Shown here piece after piece: positions 36,466-46,799 of a stretch of DNA of 64,000 nucleotides; within the stretch, counting starts at the first letter, position 1, and every line of letters begins with the position of its first letter. The translations under genes and the position numbers were made by a program. The notes beneath the pieces were generated by a model, which searched no databases, had not been told where the DNA came from, and saw only the letters and a list, made by a program, of their open reading frames with translations. The DNA comes from Candidatus Dormiibacterota bacterium. GTDB lineage: Bacteria > Chloroflexota > Dormibacteria > Aeolococcales > Aeolococcaceae. The DNA lies in contig OY970355.1 in NCBI GenBank assembly GCA_963718525.1, positions 1,952,001 to 2,016,000 on the forward strand, written 5' to 3'.

Positions 36466-38711
36466 GTTCCGCTCCGGCGGCGCGCACCCAACGCGACGCC
36501 CGCCGCCACGATGGCCGCCGCAAGGGCTGCGATCACATAGACAACGGTGGTCGGGAACCCTGCTCCAGCCGCGGGAGAGACTGCGAGCGCGGGTGCACCG
36601 GTCGGACCCGGCCCGGCCGCCGGCGAGGTCGGCGGCCCCGTGCTTGCCGGCTGGCTCGTCGGCGTCGCGGTCACGCCCAGCACGGCTCCGGTCGGTGCGG
36701 GCGTCGCCGAGGCGCCGCCCGTGCCGGATGGCACCAGCGTCGACGCCGGCTTCAGCCGCGGCGTGGGCACCGGCGTCGGGGTGGGGGGCGGCGCGGTCCC
36801 GTTCAGCGTCGATCCGACCTGATAGCAGCGGGCGCTCCCGCAGGTCAGCGGAGAGGCCGCGCGCTCGAGAGCGGGGGGAACCTGTGCGGTGGTGAATGCA
36901 TCGGGAGCGGGGTTGCCGGGGAAGGTGAAGCCGCCGCTGCTCCCCTGGGTGGCGATGAGCTCGGCGAGGGGACCGTGCCCGCCCGGCGCCCAGGTGGGAG
37001 CCTGCGGGTTCTGACCGGTGGCGAGCAGGGCCTGGAGGACGAGCGCGGTGGAGTCGGGGTCGCTGCCGCTGCCGGCCTGGTAGGGAAAGCCACCATCACC
37101 GTCCTGCTGGGTGCGCAACCACGCCAGCGCGGAGCGATCCCGGGCGTGCATGCCGGCGGCATCCAGGGCCATCAGCACCATGGCGGTGGAGTTGGTGTCA
37201 CTGGTGTCGAAGTTCGTCGGACCGTTGGGATCGTCCTTGATGAGCAGGTAGTCCCAGCCCCCGTCGCTGTCCTGGGCGGCGACCAGGTGACGGAGCGCGG
37301 CCGCCGGGACCGCCTGATGAGCGGCGACCAGTCCCTGGATGGCAAGGGCCTGGGTGAACGCCTCGCCATTGCCGAAGACGCCGCTGCCCGCGGAGTAGAA
37401 GCCGTTGAGGGTGGTGAGCAGATCGACGCCCCCGAAGGCGGCGGGGTTGAGCCCGGCGGCGGCGACCGCCTGGAGGAGTTCCCCGCAGGCGCCGGCGCTC
37501 GTGCATGCCCCGGCCGCGTGGGCAGCGAGGTAGGCCATCACCGATGGCCCCGAGCCATGGCGCAGCGCATTGGGGTCATAGCCGGCGGCGGCGGCCCCGA
37601 TGGCGTACTCCTCGCTGACCGCGTCGGTGCTCGCCCCCACCGGGATCGACCCGTCACTCCCCGACTGCTGCCCCTGCAGGTAGAGAAGTGAAGCGGTGGC
37701 GGCATGTGCCTCGGTTGCCGGCGTGAAACCGTGGGTGAACACCACACGCGCCGGATACGGCTCCATCTCGAGAGCGGGGGGAACCTGTGCGGTGGTGAAT
37801 GCATCGGGAGCGGGGTTGCCGGGGAAGGTGAAGCCGCCGCTGCTCCCCTGGGTGGCGATGAGCTCGGCGAGGGGACCGTGCCCGCCCGGCGCCCAGGTGG
37901 GAGCCTGCGGGTTCTGACCGGTGGCGAGCAGGGCCTGGAGGACGAGCGCGGTGGAGTCGGGGTCGCTGCCGCTGCCGGCCTGGTAGGGAAAGCCACCATC
38001 ACCGTCCTGCTGGGTGCGCAACCACGCCAGTGCGGAGCGATCCCGGGCGTGCATGCCGGCGGCATCCAGGGCCATCAGCACCATGGCGGTGGAGTTGGTG
38101 TCACTGGTGTCGAAGTTCGTCGGACCGTTGGGATCGTCCTTGATGAGCAGGTAGTCCCAGCCCCCGTCGCTGTCCTGGGCGGCGACCAGGTGACGGAGCG
38201 CGGCCGCCGGGACCGCCTGATGAGCGGCGACCAGTCCCTGGATGGCAAGGGCCTGGGTGAACGCCTCGCCATTGCCGAAGACGCCGCTGCCCGCGGAGTA
38301 GAAGCCGTTGAGGGTGGTGAGCAGATCGACGCCCCCGAAGGCGGCGGGGTTGAGCCCGGCGGCGGCGACCGCCTGGAGGAGTTCCCCGCAGGCGCCGGCG
38401 CTCGTGCATGCCCCGGCCGCGTGGGCAGCGAGGTAGGCCATCACCGATGGCCCCGAGCCATGGCGCAGCGCATTGGGGTCATAGCCGGCGACGGCGGCCC
38501 CGATGGCGTACTCCTCGCTGACCGCGTCGGTGCTCGCCCCCACCGGGATCGACCCGTCACTCCCCGACTGCTGCCCCTGCAGGTATTCCACGGCCCGCGA
38601 TGCCGGGTCCACCTGCGTGGCTGCGCTGCTGGTTCCGATTGCGAAGGCGAGCAGCGCCGCGCCTGTCGCTCCAGCGGTCGCCAATGCGGCGACCCTCCTG
38701 GTCCTGCCCAT
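36462..38711 (-). CDS. Membrane-anchored secreted protein with two prenyltransferase/squalene-cyclase-type alpha6-alpha6 barrels
   Basis: Signal peptide; repeated QW-like QxxDGG(W/F) motifs; SDTNSTAM and SDPDSTAL; Pro/Thr stalk; C-terminal TM helix. Confidence 0.85.
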   Translation of the reverse strand: MGRTRRVAALATAGATGAALLAFAIGTSSAATQVDPASRAVEYLQGQQSGSDGSIPVGASTDAVSEEYAIGAAVAGYDPNALRHGSGPSVMAYLAAHAAGACTSAGACGELLQAVAAAGLNPAAFGGVDLLTTLNGFYSAGSGVFGNGEAFTQALAIQGLVAAHQAVPAAALRHLVAAQDSDGGWDYLLIKDDPNGPTNFDTSDTNSTAMVLMALDAAGMHARDRSALAWLRTQQDGDGGFPYQAGSGSDPDSTALVLQALLATGQNPQAPTWAPGGHGPLAELIATQGSSGGFTFPGNPAPDAFTTAQVPPALEMEPYPARVVFTHGFTPATEAHAATASLLYLQGQQSGSDGSIPVGASTDAVSEEYAIGAAAAGYDPNALRHGSGPSVMAYLAAHAAGACTSAGACGELLQAVAAAGLNPAAFGGVDLLTTLNGFYSAGSGVFGNGEAFTQALAIQGLVAAHQAVPAAALRHLVAAQDSDGGWDYLLIKDDPNGPTNFDTSDTNSTAMVLMALDAAGMHARDRSALAWLRTQQDGDGGFPYQAGSGSDPDSTALVLQALLATGQNPQAPTWAPGGHGPLAELIATQGSSGGFTFPGNPAPDAFTTAQVPPALERAASPLTCGSARCYQVGSTLNGTAPPPTPTPVPTPRLKPASTLVPSGTGGASATPAPTGAVLGVTATPTSQPASTGPPTSPAAGPGPTGAPALAVSPAAGAGFPTTVVYVIAALAAAIVAAGVALGARRRSGT
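36864..38585. repeat. Near-identical 819-bp intragenic direct repeat (36864-37682 and 37767-38585)
   Basis: Offset 903 bp, unique 84-bp spacer; two substitutions seen by eye (one silent, one Ala/Val). Confidence 0.95.
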
Positions 38712-38809
38712 GTCGGCACCCCACGCGGCGAAGGGGACTCCACCCTTGCCGGAGTCGTCCTCGCCGCATGAGGCTTCCTCCCGTCGTGCGCGGGGATGGA
38801 GGTCGACGC

Positions 38810-38972
38810 CTCAGGTCGGTCTCCTGGCTTGCGGATCAACGCCGTACACGGCCGCCTTCCCGGGAGCTCGCACTCCCGGTGGCACGATGGCCGCCGGCTC
38901 CCCGCTCACAGTTGCGCGACAGCGCCGGATTCGTCACCGGCTTCCCGTCACCCGGAGCGTTATTCAGTTGTG
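38810..38972 (-). ncRNA. Cobalamin riboswitch
   Basis: Minus strand: GGGAAGCCGGTGACGAATCCGGCGCTGTCGCGCAACTGTGA...GCCACCGGGA...GGGAAGGC...GCAAGCCAGGAGACCGACC (B12 box); boundaries approximate. Confidence 0.93.
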
Positions 38973-39035
38973 GTGGTCGAGTATGCGCCGGGTCCCGGCG
39001 GATTCGTCAAGGGGTCGGTGGGTACACTTGAGTCC

Positions 39036-40343
39036 ATGCCTCAAGCCGGCCCGCGAGCGGTCGCCCTCATCTCCGTGCACGCGTCGCCACTGTCGGATCT
39101 GGGCAGCGGCGAGAACGGCGGTATGAACCTCGCAATCCGCAGACTGTGCGAAGGGCTGTCGCTCCGCGGGGTGCCGACCGACGTGTTCGTGCGCCGCGAC
39201 GGACCTGGTCCAGACGAGGAATTGATCGCGCCGCTCAGCCGGCTGGTTCGGCTCCCGGTTGGTCCGCCGCGACCGCTCCGCAAGGAGGACGTCAGGGCGC
39301 TGCTCGACGATTTCACCGACGCGACAATCCGCCACGCCGCATCCGAGCGGCGCTCCTATCGCGCCATCCACGGTCACTACTGGCACGGCGGTCTCGTCGG
39401 CCGGCGGCTTCGCGACGCGTGGAGGATTGCGTGGGTCCAGTCGTTTCACACCCTGGCGCTGACCAAGGCGCGCGCCGGCCTGCCGCTGGACGCGCTGCGA
39501 GCACAGGCCGAGGGTGAGCTCGCCGCTCAGGCGGACAGGCTCGTCGCCGGGAGCGCGGCCGAAGCCAAGGACCTGATCCGTCTCTATCGGGCATCGCGGG
39601 ACCGCATCTGCGTCGCCCAGCCCGGCGTCGACCCCCGCCTTTTCGCGGAGCACGACGGCTCCGGACTTCGGCGCAGCCTCGGCCTCGAGGATGCGCGCGT
39701 GGCGCTGTTCGCCGGCAGGCTGGAACCGCTCAAAGGCGCTCAGATCCTGCTGGACGCGGCGGCGCAACTCAGGACCGAGACGAAGTTTGCCGACCTCGCG
39801 GTGGTGATCGCAGGGGATGACAGCGGCGACGGCGCGAACGACCACCGAGGCGGTGAGCGCAGGCGGCTCGAGCGTCATGCGGCGCGCCTCGGTCTCGCCG
39901 ACCACGTGCGCTTCGTCGGCGCCGTTCCCCATGAGCAACTCGCCGTCTACTACGCGATGGCGGACGTCTGCGTCGTCCCCTCCCTGACCGAGAGCTTTGG
40001 GCTCGTCGCGCTCGAGGCACAGGCCCTCGGGACCCCGGTGGTGGCCGCTTCAGTCGGCGGGCTGCGCGAGGTGGTGGAGGACGGGGTGACCGGCTACCTT
40101 GTGGATGGCCACGAACCCGACGACTACGCCCGCTCGATGTCCGACGTGCTCGACGACCCCGTGCGCAGAGCGGAGATGGGGGAGCAGGCACGGCGTCGCG
40201 CCGGACGATTCACATGGCTTCGCGCCGTGGATCGCCTGGCCGCGATCTACGACCGGATCGGCGTCGAGGGCCAGCCCTCCGGGAGCCCGTGCGGCTACGA
40301 GGACGACGAGGCCGTGGCACTGATGGGCAGCGCCGCCAGCTAA
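39036..40343 (+). CDS. GT4 glycosyltransferase, MshA-like
   Basis: ISVHASPL...GENGGMN, IHGHYW, SFHTL, GRLEPLKG, PSLTESFGLVALEA. Confidence 0.8.
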   Translation: MPQAGPRAVALISVHASPLSDLGSGENGGMNLAIRRLCEGLSLRGVPTDVFVRRDGPGPDEELIAPLSRLVRLPVGPPRPLRKEDVRALLDDFTDATIRHAASERRSYRAIHGHYWHGGLVGRRLRDAWRIAWVQSFHTLALTKARAGLPLDALRAQAEGELAAQADRLVAGSAAEAKDLIRLYRASRDRICVAQPGVDPRLFAEHDGSGLRRSLGLEDARVALFAGRLEPLKGAQILLDAAAQLRTETKFADLAVVIAGDDSGDGANDHRGGERRRLERHAARLGLADHVRFVGAVPHEQLAVYYAMADVCVVPSLTESFGLVALEAQALGTPVVAASVGGLREVVEDGVTGYLVDGHEPDDYARSMSDVLDDPVRRAEMGEQARRRAGRFTWLRAVDRLAAIYDRIGVEGQPSGSPCGYEDDEAVALMGSAAS

Positions 40344-43019
40344 CCGGCCGGCGAAGCCTCTCCGGCAAGTCGATCGACTTCGCGTGCGCGCTGCGCTCGC
40401 ACCATGCTGTCGCGGCCCTCGCGCAGGATGCGCACCGCGGGACTGGGAAGCTCGCCGCTCTCGAGCGCAAAATCGATGGCTGCCACAACTTGATCGTCCA
40501 CCAGGTGCGTCGGGTACAGGCACTCGGTGAAAGCCTCGGCCTCATCGATGGTACGTTCCGCCCAGACCTTGGGAAGAAGGTCGAGATAGCGCTTGACATA
40601 GGGACGGAGCAGCTCAGGGTTCGGTCCGCGAGCCATCATGCCGCCGACACCCACCGACCCGATGTAGAAACCACGCAAAATCGACGCCATCGAGGCGACC
40701 GACAGCTCTCCGTCCGTCGTGCCCTTCCACGCCACGGGCATGGGCGCGGTCGGGTCCGCCACGCGGAGCCACGCCTCCTCCTTGGCCGCCGCGGTCGGCC
40801 TCGCAGCGAAGGACGCCATGCCACGACGCCGTCCGATGTCGCTGGGATCCGACGCCATGGCCGCCTGGATGAGCGCGACATCCGCGTGCCCCTCCTCTGC
40901 GAGCTGGCCCACGATGAGCCAGCGGAGGTCGGTGTCCACGTCGATCCCAGCGATCGTCTCGGTGCCATCGAGCAATGCGGCGACCCTCGCCAGCGCTTCT
41001 TCGGACGCAGCGGTTGCCACCAGGATGCGCGACCAGATCAGGCGCAACTCATTGGCCAGGCCAGGCCGGCTGACCTGTGCCCCTGCGACCTGATGGAGCT
41101 GCTCGCGCGCGGCGCGACGGTTGTCCGGGTCTCCGTAGAGATCGATGGCTGAGCGCGCCTGGCTCGTGACTCGCTCGACGAGCAGCCAATCCTTCTCGGC
41201 GGGCGCGTGCCGAGCGACCAGCTCGACGAACTCACGTGCCGGCATCTCGCCGTCGCGGGTGAGATCCCACACCGCAGCCCAGCAGAGGGCCTGCGCGAGG
41301 GGATCTTCCATGTTGGAGAGGTCGGCCTTGAGAGTGGCCAGCGATCGCGGGTCGAACCGCAGCTTGGCGAAGGTGAGGTCGCCGTCGTTGAGCAGCACCA
41401 GATCGCAGACCCGCTCGCCGACCAGCTCGGTGATCGGGGTCAGGGCGCCGGTCAGATCGGTCTCGACCCGGCGGCGGAGTTTGAGGATGCCCTTCGCATC
41501 TCGGTCGTAGAGCCCGATACCCGCGCGATGCACCCGCAGCGTGGGATGCTCCGGAACGGCAGTCTGCTCGACCGCGAACGACGTGTATCTGCCGTTCTGC
41601 TCGGAGAGGTGGGCGCGAAATGTGTTCAACCCCGTGGTCTGCAACCAGTCCTGACCCCAGCGCGTGAGGTCGCGCCCGGAGGCGCGCCGCAGACAGTCCA
41701 GAAATTCCTGCAGGTCCGCGTTGCCCCAGCGATATCGCTTGAAGTAGTCCTGCACACCGCGCATGAAGGCGTCGTCGCCGACCCACGCGACCAGCTGGCG
41801 CATCACCGAGGCGCCCTTGTGGTACGTGATCCCGTCGAAGTTCTGGCGGACGGAAACAGTGTCCGGCACGTGGTCGGCAATGCGATGGGTGGTGACGAGC
41901 TGGTCCTGCCGCGCGGCGATCGACTTGACACTGTTGGCAAAGTCGACCCACGCATTGGTGAAACGAGTTCGACTTCTCCATGGCGAGGTTCGCCATGTAG
42001 GTGGCAAAGGTCTCGTTGAGCCAGAGGTCGCCCCACCAGCGCATGGTGGTGACGTCTCCGAAACCGTGGACGTGCGCCATCTCGTGGAGGATCGTCTCCG
42101 CCCTGCGCTGCAGCTGAGCCTCGCTCGCCTGACCGCGATGGATGTAGGCCTCGTTGAACGTGACGCACCCCGGATTCTCCATTGCGCCCATGTTGAATTC
42201 CGGCACGAACAGCTGGTTGTACTCGTCGAACGGGTATGTGAGTCCGAAGTACTTCTCGAAGAAATCAAGCCCCGCCGCGGTGATGTCGAAGATCTCGTCG
42301 GCCTGTGCGTCGACCCAGCTGGCGAGCGATTCCCGGCACCACAGTGCCATCGGGATGTCGCGATGCCTGCGCTCCACGGTGTGGTATTTGCCCGCGACGA
42401 CGGCGATCAGATAGGGCGGCAGCGGTGGCGTCGAGTTGAAATGCCACGTCTTCATGTCACCGCGTCGCTCGACACGCAGGACGCGGCCGTTCCCGCAGAC
42501 GCGCCATGCGCCCGGAGCGGTCACGCTCATGGTCACCCCCGCCTTCAGGTCCGGCTGGTCGAAGCAGGCGAGGACCTTGTGCGCGTCAAACGGCTCGAAG
42601 TGGGTGTAGACGTACACCTCGTCATCCACCGGGTCACGCAACCGATGCAGGCCGACGCCGGTGTGCTGGTATTCGCACTGTGCGGTCACGGTCAGCCGGT
42701 TGGAGCCCGCGCGGAGGCCGCGAAGCCAGAGCACATTGCCGTCGAACCCGTGCTGGGCTGCGCTGAGGCGCTTGCCGTTCAGGTTGCACTCCTCGATCGA
42801 GCGCGCGGCGATGTTGATGAAGGTTTCCGACCCCTCGTGCGCGGCGTCGAAGACGATCGTCGTCGCGCTCTGGAACGTCTCGGCCTCCGGATCATCGCTG
42901 AGCACCAATGACACCTCGTACGAGAGGTTGGACAGAAGTGCCGCGCGAGCCTGGGCGTCTGCTTCGGTGAGATTGTCCTGGAGGGGTGGTCGGTCGAGAG
43001 CGGTGGCGGTGAGTGTCAC
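40340..43019 (-). CDS. pepN: Aminopeptidase N (M1), split by a 1-bp insertion at ~41968
   Basis: GAMEN, HEMAH, LWLNE, FDGITY.KG; removing one A joins the two ORFs as MEKSTRFTNAWVDF. Confidence 0.92.
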
Positions 43020-43185
43020 TGCTCCAAGCCTACTAAACTCACCCCGGGACCAACGGAATCCCGGGCGCACCATCGTTTGGGCCGATCGATGCGCCCCGAC
43101 TGGCGCGGACGACGTGCCTAGTGGCGACCCACCCAAATCGCGGGGAACTTCGTCAGTCGCGGATCGTTTGTTACGATCGGCCGCG

Positions 43186-43542
43186 ATGCTGTCGGGCTAC
43201 GCGCCGATCCTCTTCTTCTTCGGCATCTGCGCGGCGTTTGCTGTATTCGCACAGCTGCTCAACGCGGTGCTCGGCCCGAAGCGTCCAACGCCAACCAAGG
43301 ACCTTCCTTATGAGTTGGGGATGGTGCCCAGGGAGAGCGCGCGACGCCGCTTCTCCGTGAGCTTCTACGTCACCGCGATGCTGTTCATCATCTTCGACGT
43401 CGAATCGATCTTCCTGTTTCCCTGGGCCACGATCGTCCGGGCGCTCAAGGTATTCGGCAGCGTCGAGATGGCCATCTTCATCGTGACGCTTCTGGTCGGT
43501 CTCCTCTACGTCTGGCGCAAAGGGGCGCTGCGATGGGATTGA
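43186..43542 (+). CDS. nuoA: NADH-quinone oxidoreductase subunit A
   Basis: [27 protein letters not shown]. Confidence 0.95.
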   Translation: MLSGYAPILFFFGICAAFAVFAQLLNAVLGPKRPTPTKDLPYELGMVPRESARRRFSVSFYVTAMLFIIFDVESIFLFPWATIVRALKVFGSVEMAIFIVTLLVGLLYVWRKGALRWD

Positions 43543-44114
43543 GCAATGAATTGATCGTTCCGGGCGGCGGAGGCGGGAGCATCCTGCTCGCGGACGCCGA
43601 TGCGGGGACCATCGCCCTCCCGCGCACCGGTGCCGCGGAGCGGACCGCTCTCCAGAGCGGGTTCGTCACCACGACGCTCGGCAAGGTCATCCAGTGGGGC
43701 CGCTACAGCTCGCTGTGGCCGGCGCTCTTCGGTCTCGCCTGCTGCGCCATCGAGATGATGGCCACCGGCGCCGCCCGATATGACATGTCGCGCTTCGGAT
43801 GCGAGGTCTTCCGCGCGTCGCCACGCCAGTCCGATCTGATGATTGTCGCGGGTCGCGTCTCGCAGAAGATGGCGCCGGTCCTCCGGCACATCTACGACCA
43901 GATGCCCGAGCCCAAGTGGGTGATCAGCATGGGGGCGTGCGCCTCCAGCGGCGGGATGTTCAACAACTACGCGATCGTCCAGGGTGTCGACAAGGTGGTT
44001 CCCGTCGATGTGTACATCCCCGGTTGCCCGCCACGCCCCGAGGGACTCCTGGACGCGGTCATGAAGCTGCAGAAGAAGATCGCCGGGGAACTCCCCGGCT
44101 CGCTGCTCGGGTAG
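43533..44114 (+). CDS. nuoB: NADH-quinone oxidoreductase subunit B
   Basis: [32 protein letters not shown]. Confidence 0.97.
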   Translation: MGLSNELIVPGGGGGSILLADADAGTIALPRTGAAERTALQSGFVTTTLGKVIQWGRYSSLWPALFGLACCAIEMMATGAARYDMSRFGCEVFRASPRQSDLMIVAGRVSQKMAPVLRHIYDQMPEPKWVISMGACASSGGMFNNYAIVQGVDKVVPVDVYIPGCPPRPEGLLDAVMKLQKKIAGELPGSLLG

Positions 44115-44118
44115 AGCA

Positions 44119-44685
44119 GTGACCGCCGTGGGATCGTCCATGAGCGGCGCGCGGGCGGCGGACCTCCTGGAGCGGGAGCTTCCGGCCGCGGTGCGCCGTC
44201 GCGAGTCCGGCTTCGATGAGGTGAACCTGTGGATCGATCGCGCCGACCTGGTCCAGGTCTGCACCCTGCTCCGCGATCACCCCGACACCGCGTACACCAC
44301 GCCGGTGTTCGTCACGGCGGTCGACTGGCCCGACCGCGAGCCTGTCGAACCACGCTTCGACGTGGTCTACGCCCTCAGGTCGCTGCAGTACAACGACGTG
44401 TGCAGGCTGATCGTCCAGGTGACCGAGGACGATCCCAACGTCCCGAGCCTCGAGCGGGTCTTCGCCGGCATGGACTGGCACGAGCGCGAGTGCTTCGACC
44501 TTCTCGGCATCACGTTCACCGGGCACCACGACTTGAAGCGGATCCTGCTGCCGACCGACTGGGACGGTCATCCGCTGCGCAAGGACTACGCATCGTTCGG
44601 CGAGCCGATCGCCTTCACGCACAACCTGGAGTGGGCGCTTCCCGCGCAGGAGCGCCCGCGCGACATGCCGGGGGGCTCGCGATGA
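44119..44685 (+). CDS. nuoC: NADH-quinone oxidoreductase subunit C
   Basis: TAVDW, RFDVVY, WHERECFDLLG, GHPLRKDY. Confidence 0.95.
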   Translation: MTAVGSSMSGARAADLLERELPAAVRRRESGFDEVNLWIDRADLVQVCTLLRDHPDTAYTTPVFVTAVDWPDREPVEPRFDVVYALRSLQYNDVCRLIVQVTEDDPNVPSLERVFAGMDWHERECFDLLGITFTGHHDLKRILLPTDWDGHPLRKDYASFGEPIAFTHNLEWALPAQERPRDMPGGSR

Positions 44686-45974
44686 CCGCGCTGCCGCCTC
44701 TCGGGAGCCCGACGGCGCCGCTCGATCCCCTCAGCGAGCAGTACGAGGCGGGACGCGAGTTGCTCGGCGTCGAGCCGGGCCTCGACGCCGTCGATCTCGT
44801 CCAGATCGGCGAGAACACCATGGAATTGAACATGGGGCCGATGCATCCCTCGACGCATGGGGTGCTGCGTCTCGTCCTCAACCTCGACGGTGAGGTGGTC
44901 CGGGAATGCCGTCCCGACATCGGGTACCTCCACACCGGGTTCGAGAAGGACTTCGAGCGTCACACCTACCAGCAGTGCATCCCATACACGGACCGGATGG
45001 ACTACCTCTCGCCGCTCTTCAACAACCTCGGCTTCTCGCTGGCGGTGGAGCGGCTGCTCGGCATCGAGGTGCCGCTGCGCGGACAGTACCTGCGCGTGAT
45101 CATGTGCGAGCTCTGCCGGCTCGCGAGTCACCTCCTCTGGTACGGCACCAGCGCGCTCGATCTCGGCGCAACCACAGCGTTCGTGTACGCGTGGCGCGAT
45201 CGCGAGAAGCTCCTGGACATCAACGAGCTGGTCAGTGGCGTTCGCATGCACACGTCCTTCATCCGCGTCGGCGGCCTTCTCGCCGACGTTCCCGACCCCT
45301 TCTACGAGATGGTTGGAGCGGTCATCAAGACCTTCCCCAAGCTCATCGACGAGCACGAGCTGCTGATCACCAAGAACCCGATCTGGCGCCAGCGCACCGT
45401 GGGCCTCGGCGTGTTGACCCCCGAGGACGCGATGGCGTACGGCGCGACCGGGCCCGTGCTCCGCGGCAGCGGCGTGCCCTACGACCTGCGCAAAGCCCAC
45501 CCGTACAGCTCGTACGACCACTTTGACTTCGATGTCCCGATCGGCAGGAACGGCGACGTGTACGACCGCTACCTCGTGCGCATGCAGGAGATGCGCGAGT
45601 CGCTGAAGATCATCACGCAGGCGTTCGAGAACCTCCCCGAGGGGCCGGTGAACACCACCGACCGCCGCGTGGCGCTGCCACCGCGCAATGAGCTCAACAC
45701 CAGCATGGAGTCGCTGATCCACCACTTCAAGCTGGTGACCGAGGGGATGCGGGTTCCGGCCGGACAGGTCTACGAGGCAATCGAATCGCCCCGAGGCGAG
45801 CTCGGCTTCTACCTGGTGAGCGACGGGACCAACCGGCCGTATCGCTGCAAGGTGCGCGCCCCCTCGTTCAGCAATCTGAGCGCGCTGCCCCACATGGTCA
45901 GAGGCGAGCTGATCGCCGACGTGGTGGCGGTCATCGGCTCGATCGACATCGTGCTCGGAGATGTCGACCGATGA
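44682..45974 (+). CDS. nuoD: NADH-quinone oxidoreductase subunit D
   Basis: NMGPMHPSTHGVLR, GYLH, DRMDY, ESPRGE, terminal GDVDR. Confidence 0.97.
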   Translation: MTALPPLGSPTAPLDPLSEQYEAGRELLGVEPGLDAVDLVQIGENTMELNMGPMHPSTHGVLRLVLNLDGEVVRECRPDIGYLHTGFEKDFERHTYQQCIPYTDRMDYLSPLFNNLGFSLAVERLLGIEVPLRGQYLRVIMCELCRLASHLLWYGTSALDLGATTAFVYAWRDREKLLDINELVSGVRMHTSFIRVGGLLADVPDPFYEMVGAVIKTFPKLIDEHELLITKNPIWRQRTVGLGVLTPEDAMAYGATGPVLRGSGVPYDLRKAHPYSSYDHFDFDVPIGRNGDVYDRYLVRMQEMRESLKIITQAFENLPEGPVNTTDRRVALPPRNELNTSMESLIHHFKLVTEGMRVPAGQVYEAIESPRGELGFYLVSDGTNRPYRCKVRAPSFSNLSALPHMVRGELIADVVAVIGSIDIVLGDVDR

Positions 45975-46752
45975 CTCCCGAGCGATCGACACCCTGCGGC
46001 TGCGAACCGGCGGGCATCCCGGGATGACCCTGCAGGCAGAGACGCGGACCGCGATCGAGCGCGCCCGCGACCGCTACCCGCTCGCGCGCAGCGCGATCCT
46101 TCCAGCCCTCTGGGCCGTCCAGCACGAATTGGGTCAGATCACTCCCGAGGCCATGCGCGAGGTCTCGGTCATCCTACAGGTGGCCCCGAGCGAGGTCGAG
46201 GCGGTCTCGACCTTCTACTCGATGTACTTCCAGCACCCCCACGGGCGTCACGAAGTCATCGTCTGCATCAACGTTTCGTGCGCGCTCCGTGGCGCCGAGG
46301 GCATCGTCGACCACATCGAGCGGACCCTCGGGTGCGCATCCGGTGAGACGACCGCCGACGGAGCCTTCACCTGGTCGAGCACCGTCGAGTGCCTCGGAGG
46401 CTGCGGCGGCGCCCCGACCATGCAGGTCGACCACCACTTCGAAGAGAACCTCACTCCGGATCGCGTCGACGCGATACTCGGCTCCTTGAGGTCCGCTAGC
46501 AGCGTCGGAGAGGCGGGTCCTGTCGCCGCGGGAACCCCTCGCCGTCGCGCTTCTGGCGCGCCGGCGCTGCCCCCCGCGGCGCCACCCGCCGCCCCATCTG
46601 CCGCGGCGACCGGGCCGGCTGCCGACGCGTCTTCCGATCTGGGTTCGGCGGGCGAAACCCCACTCACAGCGCCTAGAGAGCCGGAGCAATCGGCGACGAC
46701 GGGACCCGGCGTCAAGAAGCGTACGCAGCGTCGCGGCAAGGCCGGTCAGTAG
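45971..46752 (+). CDS. nuoE: NADH-quinone oxidoreductase subunit E with Ala/Pro-rich C-terminal tail; start uncertain (45971 with indel, 45961 or 46024)
   Basis: VSTFYSMY, CINVSC, ECLGGC 2Fe-2S ligands. Confidence 0.9.
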
Positions 46753-46799
46753 GATGCAGCGGCCGATGAGCAGAAAAGAACGGGATCGGGCCGGCGTCG

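Noticed and set aside
36462-38711. Squalene-hopene cyclase or terpene biosynthesis interpretation
   Set aside because: Secreted and membrane-anchored, no DxDD motif, and under a B12 riboswitch with an ECF transporter
38796-39035. N-terminal extension of the glycosyltransferase ORF
   Set aside because: It overlaps the riboswitch on the opposite strand; homology starts at ATG 39036
40340-43019. pepN as a true pseudogene or programmed frameshift
   Set aside because: Single 1-bp lesion with all catalytic motifs intact, no slippery heptamer, and the same context as the other indel, so a sequencing error is more likely
44166-44179. TGGAGCGGGAG matching the tRNA-Gly 3' end
   Set aside because: Only 11 bp, inside nuoC coding sequence and on the wrong side of the tRNA for an att site
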